Source: Nitrospirota bacterium
GTDB lineage: Bacteria; Nitrospirota; UBA9217
Assembly: GCA_963790205.1 (NCBI GenBank)
Contig: CAWBNQ010000002.1
Coordinates: 96,001-160,000, forward strand
Length of the DNA stretch: 64,000 bases
Direction of reading: 5' to 3'
Shown in pieces: positions 38,555 to 49,187 of the stretch; the stretch's first letter is position 1; the number at the start of each line of letters is the position of its first letter. The notes under the pieces were generated by a model, which made no database searches, had not been told where the DNA came from, and saw nothing but the letters and a program-made list of their open reading frames with translations. Made by a program: the position numbers and the translations under genes.

Positions 38555-39844
38555 ATGCGGAAATATATACTATCAATCATAGTCATCCTTGCGCTGCTCC
38601 TGACCGCCGGTGCGGCACGCTCCCAATACTACCTCGGCGTTATCCAGGGGGAGGCCAGGAAAATACCGGTCACCGTGCTCGATATCTCCAATGAGACGGG
38701 CAATCCAAAACTCCGGACGCAGGCCCTTGAGATACTGCAGGCGGACCTGCGCCGCTCCCAGATCTTCGAAGTCATGGACCCGGCGAAGCTCGATCTTGCC
38801 TATGCGCAGAGGGGCGAGCCGGCCGAAGAGGTGATCAAGCGCGCCGGGACCTTCGGCGTCACCGGAGTTGTCTGGGCGTCCCTTCAGCGGAAAGGAGGCG
38901 AACTCATGCTGGCCGGAAGGCTTTATGACGCCGCCTCGGGCATGAAAATGACGAGCAAGGACTATCTCGGCAACGAGGACACCTTCCGGAGGATGATCCA
39001 TTCTTTTGCCGACGAGATCGTGTCCCGTTACACCGGCGAGAAGGGCATTGCGCGGACCCGTATCGCTTACGTATCGGACAAGACCGGGTACAAGGAACTC
39101 TATATCATGGACTATGACGGTTCGAACCCCCTGAAGGTCACCGCCGACCGGTCCATCTGTCTCTCCCCGGCCTGGAAACCTGACGGTAAGGAGCTTGTTT
39201 ACGTGTCCTATCGCGACCGAAACCCCGATCTCTACGGCCTGGACATGGAAACCGGCAAACGCTGGAAAATATCGGGGCACGAAGGTCTGAACATCTCGCC
39301 GGCGTGGTCTCCGAACGGAAAGCGCCTGGCCCTTGCGCTGAGCAAAGACGGCAGCGCCGAGATCTATACCATGGGCAGCAACGGCAACGATCTGGAGAGG
39401 CTTACCTACGGCGATTACGACAATGTTTCGCCTGCCTGGGCGCCGAACGGCAGGGAGATCGTCTTCAACTCGGGCCGGGCAGGGACGCCGCAGCTCTATA
39501 TCATGAACGCCGACGGGACGGACGTGCGCCGTATCACGTTCGACGGAGCATATAACGCCTCCCCGGACTGGTCGCCGCGGGGGGATAAGATCGTATTTGT
39601 TTCGCAGGTGCGAGGGCTGTTCAAAATCGCGACCGTGAACCCCGACGGATCGGATTTTCGGCTGCTTACGGACGGTCCGGGGAACGACGAAAACCCCTCG
39701 TGGTCGCCCTCCGGCAGGCAGATCGTGTTCAGCTCGAACCGTGCAGGCAGGTCCGGCGTCTACATCATGAACGCCGACGGCACGGACATCGAGCGTATCA
39801 CGCCGAATGACGCGAATTACACCTCGCCAGCCTGGTCGCCCTGA
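38555..39844 (+). CDS. tolB: Tol-Pal beta-propeller protein TolB
   Basis: Repeated SPAWSP (PD40) motifs and TRIAYVS. Confidence 0.94.
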   Translation: MRKYILSIIVILALLLTAGAARSQYYLGVIQGEARKIPVTVLDISNETGNPKLRTQALEILQADLRRSQIFEVMDPAKLDLAYAQRGEPAEEVIKRAGTFGVTGVVWASLQRKGGELMLAGRLYDAASGMKMTSKDYLGNEDTFRRMIHSFADEIVSRYTGEKGIARTRIAYVSDKTGYKELYIMDYDGSNPLKVTADRSICLSPAWKPDGKELVYVSYRDRNPDLYGLDMETGKRWKISGHEGLNISPAWSPNGKRLALALSKDGSAEIYTMGSNGNDLERLTYGDYDNVSPAWAPNGREIVFNSGRAGTPQLYIMNADGTDVRRITFDGAYNASPDWSPRGDKIVFVSQVRGLFKIATVNPDGSDFRLLTDGPGNDENPSWSPSGRQIVFSSNRAGRSGVYIMNADGTDIERITPNDANYTSPAWSP

Positions 39845-39916
39845 AAGACTTGTCCACGCAAAGGACCCTGTCCGGCGCCGCAGTGGCCTCCTTGGTTGTG
39901 GCAGGAACGGAGCGCG

Positions 39917-40000
39917 GAACATGGCGACGACGTGGAAAGGCTCCTCAATAAAGCCGACCGCGCCATGTATCGCGTCAAGGAAAGCGGCAGCGGCGGCTAT
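39917..40000 (+). pseudogene. C-terminal fragment of a GGDEF domain
   Basis: EHGDDVERLLNKADRAMYRVKESGSGGY matches the GGDEF C-terminal ADxAMYxxKxxG motif; no upstream domain. Confidence 0.6.
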
Positions 40001-40228
40001 GGCTCTGCGGCGACCTCAGGAATGCCTCGTCCCATTGATAACCCTCTGAGCTCTCATCCGCCTTTTGTATTATTCCTCGCCTTCACCTCTTTTCATCAAA
40101 TGCTCGCAGCGTCATGGTATACTACTAATAACAGATTCACCAATGCGATTGCCGCAGCATGATATGGTATATTTTCGTGGAAGAAGCGGCCTGCGCCAGT
40201 GAAGGCAGCATAGATCGGGCGGATGAAT

Positions 40229-40675
40229 ATGCCTCATTTCGGGCTGATGGACGAAGAAGCTCTTGGCCCCGTTCGTGGCCCTTTGCAGCGCGCACGGCTC
40301 CACATCCGGGGAGGCAGGCGCCGTCTCCGGCAGGGCAAGATCTCAGCGGGGATCGTGACGCTTTATGACGCGCTGGAAGGGGCCATGCGGTCCTATATAG
40401 GGGATCCCGCACGCCTTGCAAAGCTCGCAGTCGGAAACAATGACGACCTGAACAACGATAAAGCGTTATATGCTGTGCTCGTCCGCGCGGGAGTGATCAA
40501 CGGCAAGTTCGATTTTGAAGCTTTCGACCGGTTGTTAGAGCGCGCTTTGCGCGAGGAGATGCCCGAATATGATTACCGGGAACTGCTATCCGGCATCGAG
40601 GCGGTGATGACCCAACTCGGCGTGATGCCCTTTGATGAGACCCTTCTCCCACCCGAAGATCCCAAGACGTTTTAA
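40229..40675 (+). CDS. Hypothetical protein
   Basis: ORF of ~148 aa with codon usage like its neighbours; no recognised motif. Confidence 0.65.
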   Translation: MPHFGLMDEEALGPVRGPLQRARLHIRGGRRRLRQGKISAGIVTLYDALEGAMRSYIGDPARLAKLAVGNNDDLNNDKALYAVLVRAGVINGKFDFEAFDRLLERALREEMPEYDYRELLSGIEAVMTQLGVMPFDETLLPPEDPKTF

Positions 40676-40715
40676 ATTTTGGAAGAGAGCAGCATGACGA
40701 AACACAGAGGACCGT

Positions 40716-40823
40716 CAAAATTCCAAATTCGAAACTCTAAATCCCGAACAATTTCAAGTTTGAAAAATTCTGACATCCGGGTTTCGAGGTTGTTTTGAGT
40801 CTGGAATTTCGTGTTTCGAGCGT
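40716..40823. repeat. Heptamer-repeat palindromic intergenic element
   Basis: AAATTCC AAATTCG AAACTCT AAATCCC ... GGAATTT CGTGTTT CGAGCGTT. Confidence 0.6.
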
Positions 40824-40834
40824 TAAGCCCAATT

Positions 40835-42796
40835 ATGAACCGTCTCTCTAACGAACAATCCGCTTACCTCAGACATGCCGCAAGCCAGAAGATAGACTGG
40901 CGCCCGTGGTCCGAGGAGGCCTTTGAGCTGGCGCGGCGCGAGGACAAGCCGGTCTTCCTGAGCACCGGCGCGGCGTGGTGCCACTGGTGCCACGTGATGG
41001 CCAGGGAGTCCTTCGAAGACGCCGATACCGCGCAGCTCATGAACGAGCTCTTCGTTAATATCAAGCTCGACCGCGACGAGCGGCCGGACATCGACCGGCG
41101 CTACCAGCAGGCCGTTGCTGCCATGGGCGGGGGGAGCGGATGGCCGCTCTCTGTTTTTTTGACATCCGACGGGGAACCCTTCTACGGCGGCACCTATTTT
41201 CCGCCCGACGACCGGCAGGGCAGGCCCGCGTTCAAGAGCGTGCTTAAGTCGGTCAGCGCGTTTTACAAAACAAGGAAAGGCGATGCGCGGACGTATGCGG
41301 GTCGCGTCAGGGAGGCGCTGAAGCCGGAGCCGCTTTCCGCCGGGGTCCTCAGTGACGTGCTGGTGCGTGAAGGGGAAAAAAAGATGCTGGCCGTTTTTGA
41401 TTCGCAAAACGGCGGGTTCGGCAGCTCCCCCAAATTCTCCATGCCCGGCGCGCTGGAGTTTCTCATCTCCCGGTCCGCGGCGAGCGGGGACCCGTCAATC
41501 GGCCGGGCGGCACGCATGACGCTGGAGGCCATGGCGCGGGGAGGGCTTCACGACCAGCTCGGGGGCGGGTTCCACCGGTATTCAACGGATGAGGCGTGGA
41601 TCGTCCCTCATTTTGAGAAAATGGCCGACGACAACGCCGGGCTTCTCAAGAACTACGTTGACGGATACGCGGTCTTCGGGGACGAGCAATTTCGGGATGT
41701 TGCGCTGGGCATTCTTACGTTCACGAGAAAGGTGCTGTCCGATCCCCGCGGAGGCTTCTACGCGAGCCAGGACGCGGACGTGACGCCCGATGACGAAGGC
41801 GGCTACTTCACGTGGACGGATGATGATTTCAGAAAGACCCTCGCTGCCGGGGAGTACGAGGCGCTTTCCCGGCTCCTGCTTCATGAGCGGGCGGCCATGC
41901 ATCATGATCCGCAAAAAAAGGTTCTGTTTCAGGCGCTGTCTCCGGACGAAGTCGCCGTCTCGCTCGGCAAGCCGGCCGATGAGGTCCGGCGCATCATAAG
42001 CAGGGGGAAGGAGAAGCTCCTTTCTGAGCGCGAAAGGCGAGAAGCCCCGTTCATCGATACAACGCTCTATACCTCCCTGAACGGCATGCTCATTTCATCC
42101 TATCTTCACGCTTCCGCCGTGCTCGGCGACGAACAAGCAAAAACCTTCGCCTTGCAAAGCCTCGAACGGGTCCTGCGCCTGCGTCTGGTGAACGGGGAAC
42201 TTTTCCATGCAGATAAGGTCCCGGCGTTGCACGATGATTATGTCAATCTTGTCGATGCCTTGACCAATGCGTACGAAGTTACGGCTGAACCGCGGTATCT
42301 TCGGCAGGCCGACGAACTCATGGCATGCTGCCTGACAAAGTTTTACGATAACCACGTTGGCGGTTTTTTCGACACCGAAAAAGAGGTCCTGGGTATGCGA
42401 ATGAAAAGCATCGAAGACATACCCCACCCTTCGGCCAACGCGATTGCGGTCATGCTGCTCTTGAAGCTCCACCACCTGACCGGTAAGGACGAGTATCGCA
42501 ACGCGGCGGAGCAAACGCTCGGTATATTCGCCGATTTGGCGCTCGAACTAGGCGTTCATGGAGGCGCATATTTCTGCGCGCTCGACGCCTGGTCTCGCAT
42601 GCTGCGGCTTACCGTGGAGGCAAGGCCCGGGAGCCTGCTTGCGCGCGCAGCGCTCGCCCTTGCGCGCGGCCCAGCCGTGATCGTATACGGGGAGGACCAC
42701 GGCAGAATCGTTCCCTGCCTGAACACCGTATGCTATGAACCTGTTGACGATGCAGAAGGACTGAGAAACTTTTTCAAAAACCTGCCGAATCCATAA
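40835..42796 (+). CDS. Thioredoxin-domain protein (DUF255/YyaL/SSP411 family)
   Basis: NRL..E.S.YL..HA, WCHWCHVMA.ESFED, GWPL, GGTYFP and PHFEKM motifs. Confidence 0.93.
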   Translation: MNRLSNEQSAYLRHAASQKIDWRPWSEEAFELARREDKPVFLSTGAAWCHWCHVMARESFEDADTAQLMNELFVNIKLDRDERPDIDRRYQQAVAAMGGGSGWPLSVFLTSDGEPFYGGTYFPPDDRQGRPAFKSVLKSVSAFYKTRKGDARTYAGRVREALKPEPLSAGVLSDVLVREGEKKMLAVFDSQNGGFGSSPKFSMPGALEFLISRSAASGDPSIGRAARMTLEAMARGGLHDQLGGGFHRYSTDEAWIVPHFEKMADDNAGLLKNYVDGYAVFGDEQFRDVALGILTFTRKVLSDPRGGFYASQDADVTPDDEGGYFTWTDDDFRKTLAAGEYEALSRLLLHERAAMHHDPQKKVLFQALSPDEVAVSLGKPADEVRRIISRGKEKLLSERERREAPFIDTTLYTSLNGMLISSYLHASAVLGDEQAKTFALQSLERVLRLRLVNGELFHADKVPALHDDYVNLVDALTNAYEVTAEPRYLRQADELMACCLTKFYDNHVGGFFDTEKEVLGMRMKSIEDIPHPSANAIAVMLLLKLHHLTGKDEYRNAAEQTLGIFADLALELGVHGGAYFCALDAWSRMLRLTVEARPGSLLARAALALARGPAVIVYGEDHGRIVPCLNTVCYEPVDDAEGLRNFFKNLPNP

Positions 42797-43063
42797 CTCT
42801 TTAACTCTTGTCCCTTTTCATTCCTTGCGTCAATGATCGTATTAGGCCTTGTGTTTTTAATTTCTTATAATACTTTTTTAGTAGTAAAATGTATTTCAAT
42901 GTATAATGTTGATATAAAATGCATGATGCTGATATAATACCCAGCATATTTGCCGATCGGGGCAGAGAGAATGAAAGATCCTCTATCAGCGGAGGCCTCA
43001 CCGACCGATGTAGTACAAGGCAAAACCGTTCAGGTAACGGATAAAGGCGAGCAAATATAAATA

Positions 43064-46000
43064 ATGACTATCTCTCTATTCATAATCAGTCTCTCTATTA
43101 CACTGCAGCTGCTTTCGGTATTCGTGGCCTTGCGTTTGATGGCATTCCGCGGGAAACGGGCAGTCGGAGCATTGATGCTCCTGGCGGCCTCACTCATGTC
43201 CTTTCGGCGGTTTATCTCCTTGCAGGGGATGATCGCCGGGGGCGAAATAAAAACTGATCTTTTCGCCGAGATCGAAGGATGCATAGTATCGTTCATACTG
43301 CTGGCCGGGTTTCTCTATTTGAGCAGGCTTATTGCGTCTCATCAACGGGAAATGAACGAACGTAAACGCGCAGCCGAGACCATTGAACTGCTGAACCACC
43401 ACAACGAGATGGTTCTGAAATCGGCCGGCGAGGGCATTTGCGGCATCGATCTTGACGGCGCCATAACCTTCGCCAATCCCGCCGCGACAAGGTTGACGGG
43501 ATGGAGCGTCGACGAACTCATCGGAAAATCGCAGCACGAGTTTCTGCATCACTCGAGGCCGGACGGTACCCCGCATCCCCGGGAAGAATGCAAGATCTAT
43601 GCGCCATTGAGGGACGGCATCGTTCGCCGGATCGCGGATGAAGTGTTCAGGAGGAAGGACGGCACGAACTTCCCGGTCGAATACGTGAGCACCCCTATAC
43701 AGGAGGGCGGCAGGATCGTCGGGGCGGTTGTTGTGTTCAATGACATCTCCGAACGGATATTCATCGAGGATGCGCTGAGGGCGATGACGAGACGGGAGAG
43801 GGAGGAAAAGGCCAAGACAGAGGCGATCATTGCGGCCATCGGAGACGGCATAAGCATCCATGATACCAATTATAAAATTTTATATCAGAACAAGGTTGCG
43901 CAGGGTTTTTACGGGATGCGTGTCGGAGAACACTGTTACAAGGCATACCAGAACAGGGAGCAGGTCTGCGAACGATGCCATCTTACCATGGCCTTCGCGG
44001 ACGGCATGATCCACAAACGTGAGCAGAAAAGGACCACGGACAGGGGAGTGTTCTATTATGAAATCACCGCCTCCCCCGTAAGGGACGCTTCGGGAAATAT
44101 CGTGGCCGGTATCGAGCTCATCAGAGAGATCACCGAGCGGAAGGCCGCTGAAGAGGTCCTGCGATCGAACGAAGAGCGACTGTCAAGGGCCCAGCAGATA
44201 GCGCATGTAGGCGACTGGCAATGGGATATTGCAACCAACAGGGTCACGTGGTCCGATGAGTTGTACCGTATTTATGGGTACAAACCCCATGAAATCGCGC
44301 CTCATCACGAGCTTGTCGTCAACGCTCTACACCCGAAAAGCAAAGACGAGTTTGATGACAACGTCAATGCCGCCCTCAAGGGGGAACGGTCCTTCGAGAT
44401 GGATTATGTCTTTTTCCGGCAGGACGGCTCGGTGGCGGTCCTCCATACAATAGGACAGGTCATGCGCAATAATGAGGGGACCCCTGTTCGGATGGTGGGA
44501 GTCGTCCAGGATATTACGGAGCGCAAGCAAGCGGAGGAGTCGTTACTGCTCTTCAGGAATTTGCTCAACCACACGGAAGACGCGATATTCGTCAATGATC
44601 CAGCAACGGGCCGTTTCCTCATGGTCAATAACCGGACATGCAGCAATCTGGGATACGGCAGCGATACGCTGCTCCTGATGAAGACCCTGGATATCGAAGC
44701 AACTTTCCCGGACCAGGCCTCATGGGATGCTCATGTCAATGAAGTGAGAAGCAAGGGGAATATGATTCTGGAAGGCGTGCATAAACGGCATGACGGCACG
44801 GCATATCCCGTGGAAGTAAACGTCACGTACATGACGGTAGGAGAAAAGGATTACATGGTGGCTGTGGCCCGCGATATCACTGAACGCAAGTTGTCGGAGC
44901 AGGCCCTTCGCCTCAGTGAAGAACGCCTGTCCAGGGCGCAGAAGATGGCCCATGTGGGGAATTGGGTAAAGAACTTAGTCACTGATGAACTGTACTGGTC
45001 TGAGGAAGTGTATCGTATCTATGGCGTAGACCCCGTGCAATTTACCCCCACCTCTGAGGCGTTCAAAAAAGCCATGCATCCCGATGATCTGGAACCATTC
45101 ATCAAAGCCTTGAATGCGGCTCTCTATGAACGAAAACATCTTGATAGAGATTACCGGATAATCCGTCCTGACGGAACAATAAGAACCATTCATACCATCG
45201 GCGAGGTGACCTATGACCCGGCCGGCAAGCCGCTCAGTCATTCGGGCACGGTCCAGGATGTCACCGAGCGCAGACAGGTCGCAGAAGCGCTCCGGAGAAG
45301 CGAAGCCATGCTGCAGGCGATTATCGATACCGAGCCGGAGTGCGTCAAGCTTCTCGATGCCGAAGCGCGGCTGATCATGATGAACCGGGCGGGCCTGGAA
45401 ATGATCGAGGTTGACTCGCTTGAGCAGGTTAAGGGTCAGTGCATAAGTCCGATGGTTACCTCCGAATATCGGGAACCCTTTATGGAACTCACGAGGAACG
45501 TTTTTCAGGGACAGTCCGGGAAACTGCTCTTCGAGATGGTCGGCGCGAAGGGAACCCGCCGCTGGCTTGAAACCCATGCCGTTCCCTTCCGCAACGAAAA
45601 GGATGAGATCGTCGCCCTGCTGGGCATTACCCGCGATGTGACCGACCGCAAGCGCTCGGAGGAGGCGCTCAAAAAGACAAATACACAACTCCAAGCGTTG
45701 ATTCATACTATTCCGGACATGGTCGTATTTAAGGACGTCGCGGGGCGGCATGTGATCGTGAATAGGGCGGTCGAGGAAATCACTGGCCACAGCAAGGACG
45801 AGATCACGGGAAAGACCATTGAGGACATTCTGCCTCCCGCTCTGGCCGCAGCCTGCAGAAAGAGCGACGAGGAGGCGATGCAGCGGAGCGTGCCGACACA
45901 CGCCCAGGAGCGGGTAGTCCGGGAGGACGGCAGGGAGACCTATTTCGACATGGTCAAGGCCCCCATGGTAGATCCGGAGGGCAACGTCATCGGAATGGTG

Positions 46001-48283
46001 GCCATTGGCCGCGACATCACCGAGCGCAGGGCGGCCGAAGAGGCGATCAGGGAAAGTGAACAGCGGTACCGCTCTCTCATCGATCTGGCGACGGACGGTA
46101 TCCTTCTGTTGTCGCCCCAGCAGGATGGCGTCCCAATCATCGTCGATGTGAACACTGCTGCATGCATGATGAACGGATATGCAAGGGCGGAATTGATCGG
46201 GAAGCCCATTACGTTCCTGGAGAGGTCCGAAAAGGAAGGGGATATCTCCGCCATTGTTGAACGGATAAAGGAAGATAACACGACATTTGAAAGAAACCAC
46301 GTACGCAAAGACGGATCGGTTTTCCCGGTCGAGGTCTCTTCCCGGCTGGTTCACATCGGAGGGAAACCCTTCATTCTTGCTATCGACCGCAACATCACCG
46401 AGCGCAAGAAGGTGGAAGAGGCGCTTAATGCGGCGGTGCTGAAGGCGAATGCAGAAAAGGTCAAAACGGAAGCGGTCATTTCCGCCATAGGCGACTTTAT
46501 GATTATTCTTGACCCCGAATTCAAGATCATCTATCAAAACAAGGTCGCCGTTGACAGTATCGGGGACCACGTCGGTGAAACCTGCTATAAAGCGTTCGAA
46601 AACAAGGGCGTTGCCTGTGAAGGCTGCCCTGTCGAGACGTCGTTTCGGGATGGGCTGGTTCATCGGGGTGAAAGAACCGCTGCGTCGGTCATCGGCACCA
46701 TGCACCTGGATATTACGGCGTCTCCCCTGAAGGACGTTTCCGGGAAGGTCACCGCGGTCATCGAGATGGTCAAGGACGTCACTGAACGGCGGCGGGCGGA
46801 AGCGCTGGTCCGGGAGTCCCAGGAGAAATACAAGAATCTCGTCGAATTGTCGGCGGACATTATCTATCTCTCGGACAAAGACGGGAACCAGGTGTTCATG
46901 AACGACCAGGCGTTCAAGACATTGGAGTATTCTCCCGAGGACGTGATCGGCAGGCCGTGGTCGTTCCTGATCCATCCCGACGACAAGGGGACGTCCGCCG
47001 CGGTATTTACGGCGATGATCGAGCAGGAGGTCGATATCTTCAACTTCGAGAACCGATACGTGACGAAGAGCGGCAGCGTGATCAACGTGCTGCACAACGT
47101 GAGGATCCTCCGCAATGAGAAAGGGGAAATCGTCGGTACCCAGGGGATCGCGAGAGACATCACCCAACGCAAGCAGGTAGAGGACAGGCTGAAGCTGTTT
47201 TCGCGTGCCATGGAAGAGGCCACGGACGGTGTCCAGATCGTCGAGCTGGAGGGCCGCATCGTGTATTCGAACAAGGCCCTGGAAGAGATGTACGGTTATT
47301 CCTCCGGCGAACTCACGGGGAAGCACGTTAATGAAATGAGTGTAGAGCAGGAATTTTCCAGCAGGGTGATCATCCCGGAAATGATGCAAACGGGAAGCTG
47401 GAATGGAGAGATCATGAACGTTCGGAAGGACGGGAGCCGGTTCCCTATCTGGCTGTCCACGGCCCTGGTGAAGAACGATAAGGGAGAGCCGATCGCCATG
47501 ATCGGGATCATACGTGATATCACCGAGCGCAGGCGGGCCGAGACGGCATTGCGCAAATCGCACGTTGAACTGGAGGTCCTGGTGCATGAGCGGACGGCGG
47601 AATTGCGGATGATCAACGAGCAGCTGAGCAAGTTCTCTTCGTATCTGCAGGAGGCCAGGGAAAAAGAGAGGACGGCCATTGCGCGCGAGATCCATGACGA
47701 GCTGGGGCAGGCACTGACGGCCTTGAAAATGGACCTGTCCTGGCTGAAGAAGAGGCTGCCGAAAAACCAGAAACCGCTCCTCGAGAAAGAGGCGTCCATG
47801 TCCGAGCTTGTCGAAGCGACCATCCAGACCGTGAAAAAGATTTCCACGGAATTGAGGCCGGGGATCCTGGACCACCTGGGCCTTACGGCGGCCATTGAAT
47901 GGCAGGCGGAAGAGTTCCAGAAGAGGACCGGGATCCCCTGCGGCGTTTCCATCGTGCCCGAAGAGATCGTTCCGGACAAGGACCGCTCCACGACGATATT
48001 CCGCATCTTTCAGGAAACGCTGACCAACATCACCCGCCACGCGAAGGCGACAAAGGTCTCGATCAGGCTGGAAAAAGAGGACAACAGTCTTATTCTTGAG
48101 GTCAGGGACAATGGGAAGGGCATTACTGAAAAACAGCTCTCCGATTCGAAGTCCCTGGGGCTTATGGGAATACGGGAGCGGGCGGCCTACTGGGGCGGCC
48201 ACGTGAACATGAAGGGTGTCCGCAACAGCGGTACCACGGTAATCGTACAGATACCCCTCGATCGAACAGGAGGCGTTGCATGA
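43064..48283 (+). CDS. Membrane-anchored multi-PAS (about 11) histidine kinase, HisKA_3 type
   Basis: N-terminal TM helices, 11 PAS/PAC units ending in D(I/V)TER-like motifs, then EIHDELGQ, FQE.LTN..RHA and DNGKG. Confidence 0.95.
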   Translation: MTISLFIISLSITLQLLSVFVALRLMAFRGKRAVGALMLLAASLMSFRRFISLQGMIAGGEIKTDLFAEIEGCIVSFILLAGFLYLSRLIASHQREMNERKRAAETIELLNHHNEMVLKSAGEGICGIDLDGAITFANPAATRLTGWSVDELIGKSQHEFLHHSRPDGTPHPREECKIYAPLRDGIVRRIADEVFRRKDGTNFPVEYVSTPIQEGGRIVGAVVVFNDISERIFIEDALRAMTRREREEKAKTEAIIAAIGDGISIHDTNYKILYQNKVAQGFYGMRVGEHCYKAYQNREQVCERCHLTMAFADGMIHKREQKRTTDRGVFYYEITASPVRDASGNIVAGIELIREITERKAAEEVLRSNEERLSRAQQIAHVGDWQWDIATNRVTWSDELYRIYGYKPHEIAPHHELVVNALHPKSKDEFDDNVNAALKGERSFEMDYVFFRQDGSVAVLHTIGQVMRNNEGTPVRMVGVVQDITERKQAEESLLLFRNLLNHTEDAIFVNDPATGRFLMVNNRTCSNLGYGSDTLLLMKTLDIEATFPDQASWDAHVNEVRSKGNMILEGVHKRHDGTAYPVEVNVTYMTVGEKDYMVAVARDITERKLSEQALRLSEERLSRAQKMAHVGNWVKNLVTDELYWSEEVYRIYGVDPVQFTPTSEAFKKAMHPDDLEPFIKALNAALYERKHLDRDYRIIRPDGTIRTIHTIGEVTYDPAGKPLSHSGTVQDVTERRQVAEALRRSEAMLQAIIDTEPECVKLLDAEARLIMMNRAGLEMIEVDSLEQVKGQCISPMVTSEYREPFMELTRNVFQGQSGKLLFEMVGAKGTRRWLETHAVPFRNEKDEIVALLGITRDVTDRKRSEEALKKTNTQLQALIHTIPDMVVFKDVAGRHVIVNRAVEEITGHSKDEITGKTIEDILPPALAAACRKSDEEAMQRSVPTHAQERVVREDGRETYFDMVKAPMVDPEGNVIGMVAIGRDITERRAAEEAIRESEQRYRSLIDLATDGILLLSPQQDGVPIIVDVNTAACMMNGYARAELIGKPITFLERSEKEGDISAIVERIKEDNTTFERNHVRKDGSVFPVEVSSRLVHIGGKPFILAIDRNITERKKVEEALNAAVLKANAEKVKTEAVISAIGDFMIILDPEFKIIYQNKVAVDSIGDHVGETCYKAFENKGVACEGCPVETSFRDGLVHRGERTAASVIGTMHLDITASPLKDVSGKVTAVIEMVKDVTERRRAEALVRESQEKYKNLVELSADIIYLSDKDGNQVFMNDQAFKTLEYSPEDVIGRPWSFLIHPDDKGTSAAVFTAMIEQEVDIFNFENRYVTKSGSVINVLHNVRILRNEKGEIVGTQGIARDITQRKQVEDRLKLFSRAMEEATDGVQIVELEGRIVYSNKALEEMYGYSSGELTGKHVNEMSVEQEFSSRVIIPEMMQTGSWNGEIMNVRKDGSRFPIWLSTALVKNDKGEPIAMIGIIRDITERRRAETALRKSHVELEVLVHERTAELRMINEQLSKFSSYLQEAREKERTAIAREIHDELGQALTALKMDLSWLKKRLPKNQKPLLEKEASMSELVEATIQTVKKISTELRPGILDHLGLTAAIEWQAEEFQKRTGIPCGVSIVPEEIVPDKDRSTTIFRIFQETLTNITRHAKATKVSIRLEKEDNSLILEVRDNGKGITEKQLSDSKSLGLMGIRERAAYWGGHVNMKGVRNSGTTVIVQIPLDRTGGVA

Positions 48284-48915
48284 AGATACGGCTGCTGATC
48301 GGGGATGACCATGCCGTGGTCAGGAAAGGCATGAAGCAGATCCTCGCCGAAACGAAAGACATCGTTGTTGCCGACGAGGCCGGCAACGGGCGGGAAGTGC
48401 TGGAGAAAGTGCAGAAGAACGACTTCGATATGGTCCTTCTCGACATTTCCATGCCCGGAAGGGACGGTCTCGAGGTCCTGAAGGAATTGAAAAGCCTGAG
48501 GCCCAAGCTGCCCGTTCTCATGTTGAGCATGTATCCTGAGGAGCAATATGCCGTGCGCTCGCTCCGGTCCGGGGCTTCAGGGTATCTGACGAAGGACAGC
48601 GCCCCCGATGAACTGATATCCGCCATCCGAAAAGTGTCCTCGGGCGGGAAATATGTAAGCGCGTCTTTGGCCGAGAAACTGGCCCATAAGCTGGGGACCG
48701 ACGTGGAGAAGCCCCTCCATGAGGCGCTTTCGGACCGCGAGTACCAGGTCATGTGCATGATCGCCTCAGGGAAAACGGTCAAAGAGATGGGGGAGGAACT
48801 GTCACTCAGTGTAAAAACGGTCAGCACGTACCGCAGCCGCATTCTCAATAAAATGCGCTTGAAGGGCAATGCGGAGTTGACCCGGTACGCAATTGATAAT
48901 AAACTTGTGTCCTGA
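48280..48915 (+). CDS. NarL/UvrY-family response regulator
   Basis: DDHAVVR, LDISMPG and LSDRE...LSVKTVSTYR motifs. Confidence 0.95.
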   Translation: MKIRLLIGDDHAVVRKGMKQILAETKDIVVADEAGNGREVLEKVQKNDFDMVLLDISMPGRDGLEVLKELKSLRPKLPVLMLSMYPEEQYAVRSLRSGASGYLTKDSAPDELISAIRKVSSGGKYVSASLAEKLAHKLGTDVEKPLHEALSDREYQVMCMIASGKTVKEMGEELSLSVKTVSTYRSRILNKMRLKGNAELTRYAIDNKLVS

Positions 48916-49187
48916 CAGTGTCCAACCGTTTCGAAACGGCCGCAGAAAGTAAACTTACCCGGTCTCAGTTTGCCGCAATAACTCCCGCTCATCCTCAGTT
49001 GTGAATCCGGAAAATCCTCTGCGCGATTTCCACCTCCCCGTGTAGGACGAACACGTACAGCAAAATCGGCGTATTCCTACGAAAGATTAAGATGGCGGCC
49101 GATACCCATTTTCCCACTTGAAGAGTAAGATTTATCATACTAAAGACGGGCGACGTCATTGATCTTTCACGGCCGGAGGAACTCATC

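Noticed and set aside
43967..43981. c-type heme motif CERCH in the kinase
   Set aside because: It lies in a cytoplasmic PAS domain and the paralogous PAS unit has CEGCP, so covalent heme c is unlikely.
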